A stretch of DNA of 64,000 nt. Origin: Nitrospirota bacterium. Lineage in GTDB: Bacteria > Nitrospirota > UBA9217. Where the stretch lies: positions 4,930-68,929 of the forward strand of contig DASPQB010000253.1 in assembly GCA_035625205.1 (NCBI GenBank), written 5' to 3'. Position numbers and translations under genes: made by a program. The notes under the pieces were generated by a model. That model did not search any database. It was not told the DNA's origin and saw only the letters and a list, made by a program, of their open reading frames with translations. The stretch's first letter is position 1, and each line of letters begins with the position of its first letter. This document shows, piece by piece, positions 9,670-19,852 of the stretch.

Positions 9670-10572
9670 CTACTCTTGTCCTCTCGTCAGCACGATGTCG
9701 CCGTTCTTGTGTCCAAGAAAGCCTGCAACGACCGGGCATTTCACTTTGAACAGAAAGAAAATGCGGGTATCCTTTTCCCCCACAAGCGTTTCGTAGTTGG
9801 CCTGGCCCTTACTGATGATAAGGTCCGCAGATTGGTAGAACTCCATAAACCGCGCCGAGCACGCTTCCAGAAGGGTACCGATGCCATCGTTCCCATTATC
9901 GATCACGGTCGCATACTCATGCAAGCCAGCGGCGAGCGCATCTTCGAACGTGGCATCATTAATCACCGGGGAACCCTTCACCACGGCAGTCACGTCCTTG
10001 CCCAGGGCCCGCAGAGATTCGAGCAGCAGCCGGTCGAACACGATCTCTCCGGCGTTGTCGCAGAGATAGAGAATGCGGCGTGCCATTCCAACTTCCCGGG
10101 AAAAGGCGCGGTAATCATCGTGTGAGATCTGCAATCTGACCGATTCCTCTATGGCACGGTCAAGATTGATACTTTCGTAGATCCCGAAGTCTATCACATT
10201 CCCGGCAATCGCGACGCGTACAGATCCCTCAAGTCGGTCGTCAAATCGGGAAACTCTTGCCTTGAGCGACGGCATCCTGTCGAGAGCGATGCGGTTATAG
10301 TCAGCCTTGAGGGACCGATAAGGGTCGGTTCCCGTCTCTTCACGAAGCATTCGGTGAAGTATGGTCGATGTCCTGGCTGGAACCTCTGCGAGCGATGCCT
10401 GTTCAATGATTGTGGCTGCCTTTCGCACAATGCCACGGCCTCGGTCGCCGTTCACTCCTGCATGCTTCAGGGTACGTGTCACCTGACCGAAAAAACAGGA
10501 TAGACATTCGAGCTCAGTCTTCAAGCAGCTGGTCCCTGCACTGGCGCTTGACCACCAGATTTTTTCTTCCAT
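9670..10572 (-). CDS. DUF89 / ARMT1-like damage-control phosphatase family protein
   Basis: Motif CDNAGEIVFD (the D-N-x-G-E signature of DUF89) and an N-terminal Cys pair LECLSCFF. About 300 aa. Confidence 0.6.
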   Translation of the reverse strand: MEEKIWWSSASAGTSCLKTELECLSCFFGQVTRTLKHAGVNGDRGRGIVRKAATIIEQASLAEVPARTSTILHRMLREETGTDPYRSLKADYNRIALDRMPSLKARVSRFDDRLEGSVRVAIAGNVIDFGIYESINLDRAIEESVRLQISHDDYRAFSREVGMARRILYLCDNAGEIVFDRLLLESLRALGKDVTAVVKGSPVINDATFEDALAAGLHEYATVIDNGNDGIGTLLEACSARFMEFYQSADLIISKGQANYETLVGEKDTRIFFLFKVKCPVVAGFLGHKNGDIVLTRGQE

Positions 10573-11162
10573 CGTCTGCGGCGGGATTTCTTTTTGGCAG
10601 GCGCCCCCGCATCGGCTACTGCCAGTTCTCTGACTGCTGGTGCTGCGGTGATCGCTAGGAGGCGCTTCGCCTTCTCTTCCACCTCTCGTTCCATTTCAAC
10701 CCTGAAAACTTTGAGACGATTTGCGATCTTCACATCGCTGGTGGCGATGATCTGGGCCGCGAAGACTCCCGCATTCTTTGCGCCGGGCTTGCCGATCGAC
10801 ATGGTAGCAACAGGAACACCACCTGGCATTTGTGCTGTCGCCAAAAGAGCATCGAGTCCCTTGAGGGGAGAGGATTCGATCGGCACACCAATGACCGGAA
10901 TCGTCGTATGCGATGCGATAGCCCCGGCAAGGTGTGCCGCCCATCCGGCACCGGCTATGATCACCTTGATCCCCCGTTTCTCCGCACCCACACTGTATTC
11001 GAGGACCTTTTTCGGCGTCCGATGGGCTGACGCGATAGTCATTTCATATTCGACGCCGAACTCCTGGAGCATCGCGGCCGCCTCCTGCATGACCGGAAGG
11101 TCAGAGTCACTGCCCATTAGTATTCCGACAACTGGTTTGCTCATGAGTACTCCCTTCCTCAA
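10521..11162 (-). CDS. purE: N5-carboxyaminoimidazole ribonucleotide mutase PurE with an unusual basic C-terminal tail
   Basis: Motifs VIIAGAGWAAHLAG and SAHRTP. The ORF is ~45 aa longer than typical PurE. The Ala/Lys/Arg-rich tail overlaps the DUF89 start by 52 nt. Confidence 0.8.
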   Translation of the reverse strand: MRKGVLMSKPVVGILMGSDSDLPVMQEAAAMLQEFGVEYEMTIASAHRTPKKVLEYSVGAEKRGIKVIIAGAGWAAHLAGAIASHTTIPVIGVPIESSPLKGLDALLATAQMPGGVPVATMSIGKPGAKNAGVFAAQIIATSDVKIANRLKVFRVEMEREVEEKAKRLLAITAAPAVRELAVADAGAPAKKKSRRRRWKKKSGGQAPVQGPAA

Positions 11163-11186
11163 GTTGATTATGAGAATCCAGGACTG

Positions 11187-11972
11187 TTACAAATCTTTTA
11201 CGTCGTCGATAAAGACCGTCTCAATGCCGAACACGTCTCCCACGAGACGCCTTAATGCCTTGACGCCGACAGTTTCCGTCGCATAGTGGCCTGCCACGAG
11301 GAGGTTCATACCATATTCTCTCGCAGTATTGTGTGTCGCGAGATCGATCTCTCCAACCACAAAGCAATCAAGCCGCTCCTGAACGGCATCTTTCAGCACG
11401 CTGCCGCCACCGCCGGACACTACTCCCACGCTGCGAATACGCCCTTTGCCGAAGCGGAACACCCTGCAGGTCGTTTTTAACTGTTTTTTGAGAATCGTTG
11501 CCAAGTCATCAAGGCTGATGGTCCCTTTGACGGTACCGGCGTAACCGATCTTGATGCCATGATACTTGCCGAATTCATGCAGATTCTGCAGCCCGAGCAA
11601 ACGGGAAAGCTGTATATTGTTCCCGTATTCCCTGTGGAGATCCAGCGGCAGATGTGCGGCATAGAGCGCCAGGTTCTTCTTTTTCAGGTACGCCTCCCGC
11701 TTTTTCTCGAGGGTACGATCCTGTTGGGGCCTCCATTTAATGCCATGATGCACAACGATAAGGTTAACGCCAAGCTTATGCGCTTTCTCGAACGTAGAAA
11801 TACATGCATCGACGGCGAAACCAACACGTTTCAGTGCGCCATTGGGGCGGGCCCGCACCTGCAAGCCGTTTAGGGAAGCATCCCTGATTTTCCCGATGCG
11901 TAACTCTTCATTCAGGAATCTGACGACATTCCGTATTGTCGGCCATTCTATCTTGCACTGTCCTCTTCGCAC
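11187..11972 (-). CDS. Nif3-family dinuclear metal centre protein (YqfO/YbgI-like)
   Basis: Motifs LIVVHHG and LVAGHYATE. ~260 aa, typical of the NIF3 family. Confidence 0.75.
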   Translation of the reverse strand: MRRGQCKIEWPTIRNVVRFLNEELRIGKIRDASLNGLQVRARPNGALKRVGFAVDACISTFEKAHKLGVNLIVVHHGIKWRPQQDRTLEKKREAYLKKKNLALYAAHLPLDLHREYGNNIQLSRLLGLQNLHEFGKYHGIKIGYAGTVKGTISLDDLATILKKQLKTTCRVFRFGKGRIRSVGVVSGGGGSVLKDAVQERLDCFVVGEIDLATHNTAREYGMNLLVAGHYATETVGVKALRRLVGDVFGIETVFIDDVKDL

Positions 11973-11984
11973 GAGTAGGTTCCG

Positions 11985-13262
11985 CTAATTCCCCGTCTCA
12001 AGAGCCCGCGCCCCGATATCTCTTCGGTAGTGTGCGCCATCGTACGTGATCTCCCGAACGCCCCTGTAAGCATTATCGATGGCGGCGGCAACTACTGGAC
12101 CAAGACCGGTCACGCCGAGCACCCTGCCGCCATTTGTCACGATTTTGCCATCCTTAAACGCGGTGCCGGCGTGAAATACCGATACATTGTTCAATTTTAC
12201 GGCGTTCTCGAGACCGCAGATGATCTTGCCTTTTTCGTAGCTGCCGGGATATCCACCCGAGGCCATGACCACGCAGACTGCGGAATCGGGTTTCCATTTG
12301 ATATCGATCTTCGACAGAGAACCCGAAAGGATGGCTTCGATGATATCGATAAGGTCTGTCTCGAGCCTTACCATGATTGGCTGAGTCTCCGGATCACCGA
12401 AGCGGGCGTTAAACTCCAACACCTTCGCTTCGCCGTGCTGGATCATGAGCCCGGCATACAGCACTCCTCGGAACAAGCGTCCTTCTTTTTTCATGGCGCG
12501 CACCGTGGGAACCATGATCGTTTCCATGACATTCCGTTCCAGCTTTTTGGTCACCACCGGGGCCGGAGAATAAGCTCCCATGCCGCCCGTGTTCGGTCCC
12601 TTGTCTCCATCGAACACGCGTTTATGGTCTTGTGACGATGCCATGGGAACCACCGTCTTGCCGTCTGAGAAGGCCATGAAGGAAGCCTCTTCTCCCCTGA
12701 GGCATTCCTCGATCACAATGCGATCACCGGCCGCGCCGAAAACCTTGTCAATCATCATGAGGTCCAATGCCTTAAGCGCCTCTTCCACCGTTTCAGCAAC
12801 CACAACACCCTTTCCTGCTGCTAACCCGTCGGCCTTTACGACTATGGGCGCGCCCTTCTCGCGAACGTAAGCCTCTGCCGAGGCCTTCTCGGTAAACACA
12901 CGGTACTCTGCCGTAGGGATGTGATACTTCCTCATGAGGTCCTTGGAAAACGTCTTGCTTGCCTCGATTTCAGCTGCCTTGCCGCTCGGGCCAAAGGCGC
13001 GTAGCCCTGCATTCGTAAACTCATCCACGATGCCTAACGAGAGCGGTCCTTCCGGGCCCACGATAGTGAGGTCCATGGCCTTGGCTTTGGCGAATGCCAG
13101 AAGTCCGGGGACATCCTCTGTCGTGACTGGTACGCATTCCGCAAGCTGTGCGATACCGGCGTTTCCAGGCGCCGCGTAAATTTTCGTTACCTTCGGGCTC
13201 TGTGCTATTTTCCAGACCAGCGCATGTTCCCTGCCGCCACCACCGATGACGAGTACCTTCAT
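11985..13262 (-). CDS. purD: Phosphoribosylamine-glycine ligase
   Basis: 425 aa with MKVLVIGGGGREHAL at the N-terminus and ATP-grasp motifs. Full-length PurD architecture. Confidence 0.9.
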   Translation of the reverse strand: MKVLVIGGGGREHALVWKIAQSPKVTKIYAAPGNAGIAQLAECVPVTTEDVPGLLAFAKAKAMDLTIVGPEGPLSLGIVDEFTNAGLRAFGPSGKAAEIEASKTFSKDLMRKYHIPTAEYRVFTEKASAEAYVREKGAPIVVKADGLAAGKGVVVAETVEEALKALDLMMIDKVFGAAGDRIVIEECLRGEEASFMAFSDGKTVVPMASSQDHKRVFDGDKGPNTGGMGAYSPAPVVTKKLERNVMETIMVPTVRAMKKEGRLFRGVLYAGLMIQHGEAKVLEFNARFGDPETQPIMVRLETDLIDIIEAILSGSLSKIDIKWKPDSAVCVVMASGGYPGSYEKGKIICGLENAVKLNNVSVFHAGTAFKDGKIVTNGGRVLGVTGLGPVVAAAIDNAYRGVREITYDGAHYRRDIGARALETGN

Positions 13263-13334
13263 AGATTCACTCCTTGAAATCTCACAATACTATGGTAGCT
13301 GGTAGGTTCCCTACAGGAGACCGGAATAAAACGC

Positions 13335-14180
13335 TTATTGATTTCCTGCCACCTGCTTATTCCGGATCACTTTCTTCTGAAGATTCTCATTCATGCTTCC
13401 TGTCCGGTATCCCTCAAGGTCCAGACAGACATAGGTGTAGCCCAATTCCTTAAATGCTACTGTGATCGATTCCATGACATCGCTGGAAATCAGTTTTGCA
13501 AAATCTTCCCTCGTCACCTCGATCCGCGCGATTTCGCCGTGATGCCGCACGCGGACCTGCCGGAAGCCGTGAGCACGTAGCTGGTCCTCTGCGGCCTGAA
13601 TAGTTTGCAATATCTCGGATGTGATCCTGATTCCATAGGGGATACGGGAAGATAGGCAGGCGAGCGACGGTTTGTCCCATGCCGGCAGGTTCAGGCTGCG
13701 CGCACTTTCGCGGACATCTGCCTTCGAAAAGCCGGCTTCGACAAGCGGGCTTCGGAGACCGAATTCTTTTGCGGCTTTTCTGCCTGGGCGATAATCGTTC
13801 AGATCATCGGTGTTCGATCCTTCGATTACATAGGAGATGCCCTCACTATCGGCAATCGCTCTGAGCTTTGCATAAAGCTCGCTCTTGCAATGGTAGCACC
13901 GTTCCGGCGTATTCATTACGAATTCTTCTGACGCAAGCTCATTCGTTTGAAGGACCTTATGTGTCACTCCCAACATGCGTGCGAATTCCTTTGCGGCACG
14001 CAGTTCATCGGCAGGATAGGTCTCGGAAACGGCAGTCACCGCAATCAGGTGGGGGCCCATGACCTCCGACGCGACTCTGAGAAGGAGCGAACTATCGACG
14101 CCGCCGGAATAGGCGAGCACCGCGTAACCCATCTCCTTGAGCGATGCTTTAAGATGATCTAATTTTTGTCCAATCAGCAT
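13335..14180 (-). CDS. PP-loop ATP pyrophosphatase, LarE / TIGR00268-like sulfur transferase family
   Basis: PP-loop SGGVDSS near the N-terminus, a conserved CYHCK cysteine pair, ~280 aa. Confidence 0.65.
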   Translation of the reverse strand: MLIGQKLDHLKASLKEMGYAVLAYSGGVDSSLLLRVASEVMGPHLIAVTAVSETYPADELRAAKEFARMLGVTHKVLQTNELASEEFVMNTPERCYHCKSELYAKLRAIADSEGISYVIEGSNTDDLNDYRPGRKAAKEFGLRSPLVEAGFSKADVRESARSLNLPAWDKPSLACLSSRIPYGIRITSEILQTIQAAEDQLRAHGFRQVRVRHHGEIARIEVTREDFAKLISSDVMESITVAFKELGYTYVCLDLEGYRTGSMNENLQKKVIRNKQVAGNQ

Positions 14181-14260
14181 CTGGCGGATAATAGCATAGC
14201 ATAAAGAGTAGTGTCAACCATTCTTGAACTTCCTGGCTTGGCCGACTGTCCTGGGAAATA

Positions 14261-15064
14261 CTACGTTCTCGCCGCGACTGCGATGAAGCCCAGTTTCGAC
14301 GAAAGCGCCTGGCCTGAATCCCGTAGCAGGTTAATGATGCCCCCTTTTTCGAGTCGTTCGTCTGTCAGACGGCTTACGGGTGCCGTGATACCGATCGCGG
14401 CTATTACGTTTTTTGAATAATCCTTTACTGCAACAGAGATGCCCCTCACATCGGCTTCACACTCCTCGTTCTCGAGGGAATAACCCTGGTCAGCAACGCT
14501 CTTCAACTCCACCATCAGAGTATCGCGTCTTTTAATGCTACGGTCGGTCAGCGTGGACAGCGTTTGATCGGGGTAGAGCCGCTCGATCTCGGCAGTCGAC
14601 AGCTGGGCCAGCTGCACCTTACCGACGGCGGTGCAATGTGCAGGGAGCAGGGCGCCGATATGGGAAACCGCACGAACGGTCTTGTCCGTTTCCACGCCGT
14701 CCATGTAGATGATCTTATTCCCGCGCAGGACGGCCACGACCGTTGTTTCACCGCATGCTGCCATCAAGTTTTCGAGGATTGGCCGCGCCTGCCGGCGGCA
14801 TTCACGCTGCTCGATGAAGATCGACCCAATCTGGAGAGTCTTCACGCCGAGCCGATAATTTTCCGTGGCAGGGTTCTGTTCAATATACCCTCGATATTCG
14901 AGCGTGGCCAGCAGCCTAAAGACGTTGTTTTTGTGCAGACCCAGCCGCTTGGACAACTCGGTCACCCCAAGTTCGTCCTCCGTCCTGGTGAAGGATTCGA
15001 GAATATCGAGCGCATGCGACACTGACTGGATAGAATAATTAACTTTCTCTCTTTTCATAAACAC
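14261..15064 (-). CDS. IclR-family transcriptional regulator
   Basis: N-terminal winged HTH (SVSHALDILESF ... ELGVTELSKRLGLHKNNVFRLLATL) and a C-terminal IclR effector domain. Confidence 0.8.
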   Translation of the reverse strand: MFMKREKVNYSIQSVSHALDILESFTRTEDELGVTELSKRLGLHKNNVFRLLATLEYRGYIEQNPATENYRLGVKTLQIGSIFIEQRECRRQARPILENLMAACGETTVVAVLRGNKIIYMDGVETDKTVRAVSHIGALLPAHCTAVGKVQLAQLSTAEIERLYPDQTLSTLTDRSIKRRDTLMVELKSVADQGYSLENEECEADVRGISVAVKDYSKNVIAAIGITAPVSRLTDERLEKGGIINLLRDSGQALSSKLGFIAVAART

Positions 15065-15904
15065 TGTTCCCTAATGATCCTGCTAAAATTATTCATTTTC
15101 CCAGAACTTTAACTCCGAATCATTTGATGGCATTTGAGCAACCATACTGCATAGGAGGAGAACCGAAGACCATGTGAAATCATACAACGCTTTGTTTATT
15201 TGTGAGAAGATGGAATCTCATTATTTTAAAACAACCGTTTAATATTAAGCCGTGCGTTTTTTTTTGTCAATGGTAAATATATATCCGGAATTCATTTTCA
15301 CGAATAGAATGAGGAATGAAAAGAGCTGAAGTCGTTTCATCCGGTCATTCTTTACCGGAGCTTATTTCATATCATCAAAAAATCACTGAGGTGTACAATC
15401 CATACACACCAAGGGAGATGAATACTATCGATGCAAGCCACTTGATCAGTTTTTCCGGTATTTTTTGTGTAGGAGAATACTAATGATGATCCCAACACTG
15501 TTTCCAACCAACATTCCGATCGTAGTCCCGGCCCCTTGGGGACGACGGAGTTGAACTCGACAGCAAACGCAACCGTCACTAGCTGGGCTTTGTCCCCCTG
15601 TCGGCAAGAAAGTACGCCGTCGTGCATCCCAAGAGGGACTCACGTTGAATCCGTTGTCCTCCTTCTCAAGCTTATCGCCCTTTTTTTGTCCAGAGACCGA
15701 AGAGGATGAATGACACCGCTGCGGCGATCTTGAGGGAGTGAAATGGAATGATACGTGTGAGGAAATTACCGAGATATACAGCGAAGAGATGGCTCTGAGC
15801 GGTCGCGACGAAAATCCCGAGCAAGACCGGCTACCAGCGAAACCTCCTGGTAAGAGCCATAGCCTGGAGTTGCATCTTGTCTCCCCTCGCGGTACGGAAC
15901 GCCA

Positions 15905-16612
15905 TCATTTGAGCAGGTCTTTCTGCTTCTTCACCAGCGCCTTGATTCCTTTCTCGCCGAGGGCGAGGAGCTTGCCCAGTTCATTTTTAGAGAACGGCTT
16001 GCCTTCTGCCGTGCCCTGTAGTTCCACAACTCCGCCTTTGCCCGTCATGACCAGATTCATGTCAACCTCCGCTGCCGAGTCCTCTTCAAAGCAAAGGTCG
16101 AGCATTGGCTTACCGTCCACGATACCGACGCTGATCGCTGCAAGATAATCCATAACCGGGATAGTTTCTATCAATCCCTGCTGCTCCATATGACGGAGCG
16201 CATCCACTAATGCAACGTATGCTCCCGTGATCGACGCCGTCCGCGTTCCGCCGTCAGCCTGGACCACGTCGCAGTCAATCAACACCGAGCGTTCTCCGAG
16301 GGCGGCCATGTCCACGACGGAACGGAGCGATCTGCCGATGAGCCGCTGAATCTCGTGCGTGCGGCCGCCTACCTTGCCCCGTTCGCGCTGGATACGCTGC
16401 GCAGAGGAGCGTGGCAACATGGCATATTCGGCGGTCACCCAGCCTGAGCCTTTGCCCCTGAGGAAGGGCGGGACGGAATTATCCACCGTTGCCGTACAGA
16501 TGACCTTCGTGTCGCCCATCTCGATGAGCACCGAACCTTCGGCGGATTTAATATAGTTCCGTCTTATCGTCAGTTTGCGGAGTTCGTCCGCCTTCCTTCC
16601 GTCAACGCGCAT
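15905..16612 (-). CDS. rph: Ribonuclease PH
   Basis: 235 aa with the RPH signature (MRVDGR ... [11 protein letters not shown] ... [18 protein letters not shown]). Confidence 0.9.
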   Translation of the reverse strand: MRVDGRKADELRKLTIRRNYIKSAEGSVLIEMGDTKVICTATVDNSVPPFLRGKGSGWVTAEYAMLPRSSAQRIQRERGKVGGRTHEIQRLIGRSLRSVVDMAALGERSVLIDCDVVQADGGTRTASITGAYVALVDALRHMEQQGLIETIPVMDYLAAISVGIVDGKPMLDLCFEEDSAAEVDMNLVMTGKGGVVELQGTAEGKPFSKNELGKLLALGEKGIKALVKKQKDLLK

Positions 16613-16767
16613 GTGGATCTCCCCATGAACAAGTCAATTTCCCCGCTAAAACGCAGGGCATACAGGCATAGGTACGTAAACAATGATAGACTTTGATCAT
16701 TACCGGTGCATCCTCAAGAATCGTCATCTGCATCAAAAGGTTTTCTCATTGCCTCTGCGGTAGAACC

Positions 16768-17550
16768 TTAGAATTGAAAATATTTTGTCCTGCTCCTGCC
16801 GAGCGGCTCTGCGGTTTTCAACATCTTATCCACAAACTGTTTTGCTTTTCCCACAGCCTTTTCCACAGGTAATCCCCTTGCTATAAACACGGCGATTGCC
16901 GAGGAAAGAACACACCCCGTTCCGTGAAACGCGCCTTTCTTCCGGGGTGTGGAAAAGCTGAGCACGGATTTGCCACCATAAAGGGTGTCCGTTGCCGAAC
17001 CGCGTCGGTGGCCGCCTTTGATGAGGACATACGATGGCCCTTTATCAAGGATGCGTCCTGCAGCATAATCCATGTCCCTTTCCGAGGCTATCGACATTCC
17101 CGCCAAAACCTCTGCCTCGGGGATATTCGGTGTAACGATCATTGCGATGGGGAAAAGCTTTCCGATGAGTGACGTAATGGCTGCAGGCTGCAGCAGGAGC
17201 TTGCCTGAACTTGATTTCAGCACAGGATCCACCACAAGACCTTTGATCGAGAATTTCTTGATGGTCGAGGCAACGGTTTCAACATTCTGTTTCGTCAAGA
17301 GCATTCCGGTCTTTACTGCATTTGGCTTGATATCGGAGAGGAGGGCGTCAAGCTGTTTTAAAAGGAAACCGGGTGCTACGCTTTTAACGCCGAAGACACC
17401 GCGGCTGTTCTGAATCGTCAGAGCGGCAGGCAAGGCCATCCCGAAGACGTGGAGGGCCTGGAACGTTTTCAGGTCAGACTGGATGCCTGCACCGGATGAG
17501 GGGTCTGAGCCGGCTATGGAGAGGACTTTTTGCATGGGCACCTTTTCCAC
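16768..17550 (-). CDS. thiD: Hydroxymethylpyrimidine/phosphomethylpyrimidine kinase
   Basis: PfkB-family fold with a GSDPSSGAGIQSDL anion hole and a KGGH motif (VLIKGGHRRG). Sits in the thi operon. Confidence 0.8.
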   Translation of the reverse strand: MEKVPMQKVLSIAGSDPSSGAGIQSDLKTFQALHVFGMALPAALTIQNSRGVFGVKSVAPGFLLKQLDALLSDIKPNAVKTGMLLTKQNVETVASTIKKFSIKGLVVDPVLKSSSGKLLLQPAAITSLIGKLFPIAMIVTPNIPEAEVLAGMSIASERDMDYAAGRILDKGPSYVLIKGGHRRGSATDTLYGGKSVLSFSTPRKKGAFHGTGCVLSSAIAVFIARGLPVEKAVGKAKQFVDKMLKTAEPLGRSRTKYFQF

Positions 17551-17604
17551 GACAGAGTCTCGATACTTTTTATGTGTTTTCGCAGCTGAGCTGGAAGCCC
17601 TCTC

Positions 17605-18456
17605 TCATTCCAACTTCAGATGAACCAGTTCTAGCGGGTCGACACGAGCTCCCTGCACGCGCACGCCCCAGTGCAGGTGCGGTCCCGTGGCGCGGCCCGT
17701 GGCACCGACAAGCGCAATAACATCACCTTTTTTGACTTGCTGCCCTCGTTTGACGAGCACCTTGGAGAGATGAAAGAACATGGTATAGATGCCTTGGCCG
17801 TGGTTCAGCACCAGCGCTTTGCCGGCGAAGAACTGGTTGTCGATCAGAGCCACGGTAGCATTGTTCGGCGCGATAACTTTATCTCCTTTATGCCCTCTGA
17901 CATCAACTCCAGTGTGCGGGCTTTTCGGAATTTTGTTGATGATCCGTTGGACGCCGAAGGGCGTTATAATCTCGCCTTCAAGAGGATTGAGAAAGTCTCC
18001 CGTCCATGACCGACTGGTCTCGTTAGGCCAGATAGCCGCCATTTTGCGCTGGTCCCGCTCAGCACGTGCCTCGTCCTTGGCGGATAATTCCACCATATGT
18101 TTGGGAAGAGTTAAGCGCTGGACTTCATATTCTTTCTTGATGACTTCCACCGTCTGCTGAAAAACGTCACCCTCTGAAGAAACTTCCAAATCGTATTTCC
18201 CCGGTTTGGTAAAGTAATCGACTGCAAGAATTGCCTTGAGCGATCCCGTTGAAGGATTAAAATAAATTTTCTTGCCGTTAAATTTCCCTTCCACCGTCCC
18301 TGATGCGTTTTTGACCGTGACGACCACGAGATCACCCGGTCCGGGTGTTGTCGGTTCAACTAAAATCTCGGGCTGGAGCGTTGTTCCCTGCGCATGCACG
18401 AGGTATGGCAGGCACAACACGACGGCGAGAATGAAGATTTTTTTGAATCCATTCAT
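17605..18456 (-). CDS. Secreted M23-family metallopeptidase (LytM/lysostaphin-like)
   Basis: Signal peptide MNGFKKIFILAVVLCLPYLVHAQG. M23 motifs HTGVDVRG and GATGRATGPHLHWGVRVQG (HxxxD ... HxH). Confidence 0.8.
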   Translation of the reverse strand: MNGFKKIFILAVVLCLPYLVHAQGTTLQPEILVEPTTPGPGDLVVVTVKNASGTVEGKFNGKKIYFNPSTGSLKAILAVDYFTKPGKYDLEVSSEGDVFQQTVEVIKKEYEVQRLTLPKHMVELSAKDEARAERDQRKMAAIWPNETSRSWTGDFLNPLEGEIITPFGVQRIINKIPKSPHTGVDVRGHKGDKVIAPNNATVALIDNQFFAGKALVLNHGQGIYTMFFHLSKVLVKRGQQVKKGDVIALVGATGRATGPHLHWGVRVQGARVDPLELVHLKLE

Positions 18457-18484
18457 TTTGTACCTTTCGGGTATGGGGATTGCC

Positions 18485-19804
18485 CTATGATTTTCTGACT
18501 TCCGTTTTGCGGTCGCTGTCTTCCTTCTTCAGGTATTGCGACATACCCTTCATCGAACAAAACTCACCGCACATCGTGCAGACATCCGATTCTTTCGGTG
18601 TGCTCGATTCACGCAATTTTCGCGCCCGTTCGGGATTAACCGACAACTCGATCTGGCCTTTCCAATCAAGCGACTTGCGCCGCCGTGCCATTTCCCTGTC
18701 CCAGTCCATAGCGCCTTTCACACCTTTTGCGATATCCGCGGCATGGGCCGCAATCCGGGAAGCGATCACTCCTTCGCGTACGTCATCAAGCTCCGGCAAC
18801 CGCAGATGTTCGGATGGTGTTACGTAGCAGAGGAAGTCAGCGCCAGCAGCACCCGCAATGGCACCGCCGATGGCGGCAGTTAAATGGTCATAACCGGGAG
18901 CCACGTCGGTTACGAGCGGTCCAAGCACGTAGAACGGTGCGCCCTTACAGAGTTCTTTCTGGATCTTCATGTTCATCTCGACCTGGTTGATCGGCACGTG
19001 GCCGGGCCCCTCAATCATCACCTGTACGCCTGCCTCATAGGCGATGTCACGGAGTTCTCCCAGGTTGATCAGTTCTGCAATCTGTGCTCGGTCCGTAGCA
19101 TCGGCAAGACACCCAGGCCGCATACCGTCGCCGAGCGATAGCGTCACATCGTATCGTTTCGCGATCTCGATCAGCCTATCATACTGGGCGTACAACGGGT
19201 TTTCCCGCTCATTATATATGATCCATTCTATGTGAAAAGCGCCTCCCCGGCTGACAACGTCCATGATCCTGCCCTGTTTTTTAAGCCGCTCAAGGCTCGA
19301 GATGTTGACGCCGCAGTGCACGGTAATAAAATCCACACCTTCTTCCGCCTGCTGCTCGATCACTCGGAACAGGAAGTCGGGGTCCATCTGGACGATCGGC
19401 TTACCCCGTTCAACGGTTTCGACTGCAGCCTGATAGATCGGCACGGTGCCTATGGAGACCGTTGACTGCTTCAAAATCTCCTTGCGTATGCCGACAATGG
19501 GACCTCCGGTCGAGAGGTCCATGACCGCATCAGCGCCTGCGGCAACGGCCGTTTTTAGTTTCTCGATCTCGTCCTCAATAGACATACGGTCCTTCGAGGT
19601 ACCGATGTTGGCGTTGATTTTGGTCCTGAGCCCCTTGCCGACGCCAAGTGGTGTTATGGACGTGTGCCGGTTGTTCCTCGTGATGACGATAGTACCCTTT
19701 GCCACACCATCGGCAACATGATCAAGCGTTACCCCCTCAGCGCGTGCCACGGCCTCCATCTCGGAGGTGATATTCCCTTTTCGTGCTTCAAGTATCTGCG
19801 TCAT
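18485..19804 (-). CDS. thiC: Phosphomethylpyrimidine synthase
   Basis: 439 aa with the C-terminal CTMCGEFCSMK Fe-S motif and conserved ThiC core. Confidence 0.9.
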   Translation of the reverse strand: MTQILEARKGNITSEMEAVARAEGVTLDHVADGVAKGTIVITRNNRHTSITPLGVGKGLRTKINANIGTSKDRMSIEDEIEKLKTAVAAGADAVMDLSTGGPIVGIRKEILKQSTVSIGTVPIYQAAVETVERGKPIVQMDPDFLFRVIEQQAEEGVDFITVHCGVNISSLERLKKQGRIMDVVSRGGAFHIEWIIYNERENPLYAQYDRLIEIAKRYDVTLSLGDGMRPGCLADATDRAQIAELINLGELRDIAYEAGVQVMIEGPGHVPINQVEMNMKIQKELCKGAPFYVLGPLVTDVAPGYDHLTAAIGGAIAGAAGADFLCYVTPSEHLRLPELDDVREGVIASRIAAHAADIAKGVKGAMDWDREMARRRKSLDWKGQIELSVNPERARKLRESSTPKESDVCTMCGEFCSMKGMSQYLKKEDSDRKTEVRKS

Positions 19805-19852
19805 TCTGCACCTCGTTTCGATCCAGATTCCTTATGGGACCCAGAATTTCCA

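Noticed and set aside
17605-18456. M23 (Gly-Gly endopeptidase family) as the protease that trims the ThiS C-terminal extension
   Set aside because: The M23 protein has a clear signal peptide and would be periplasmic, whereas ThiS is cytoplasmic. Genomic proximity alone is insufficient.
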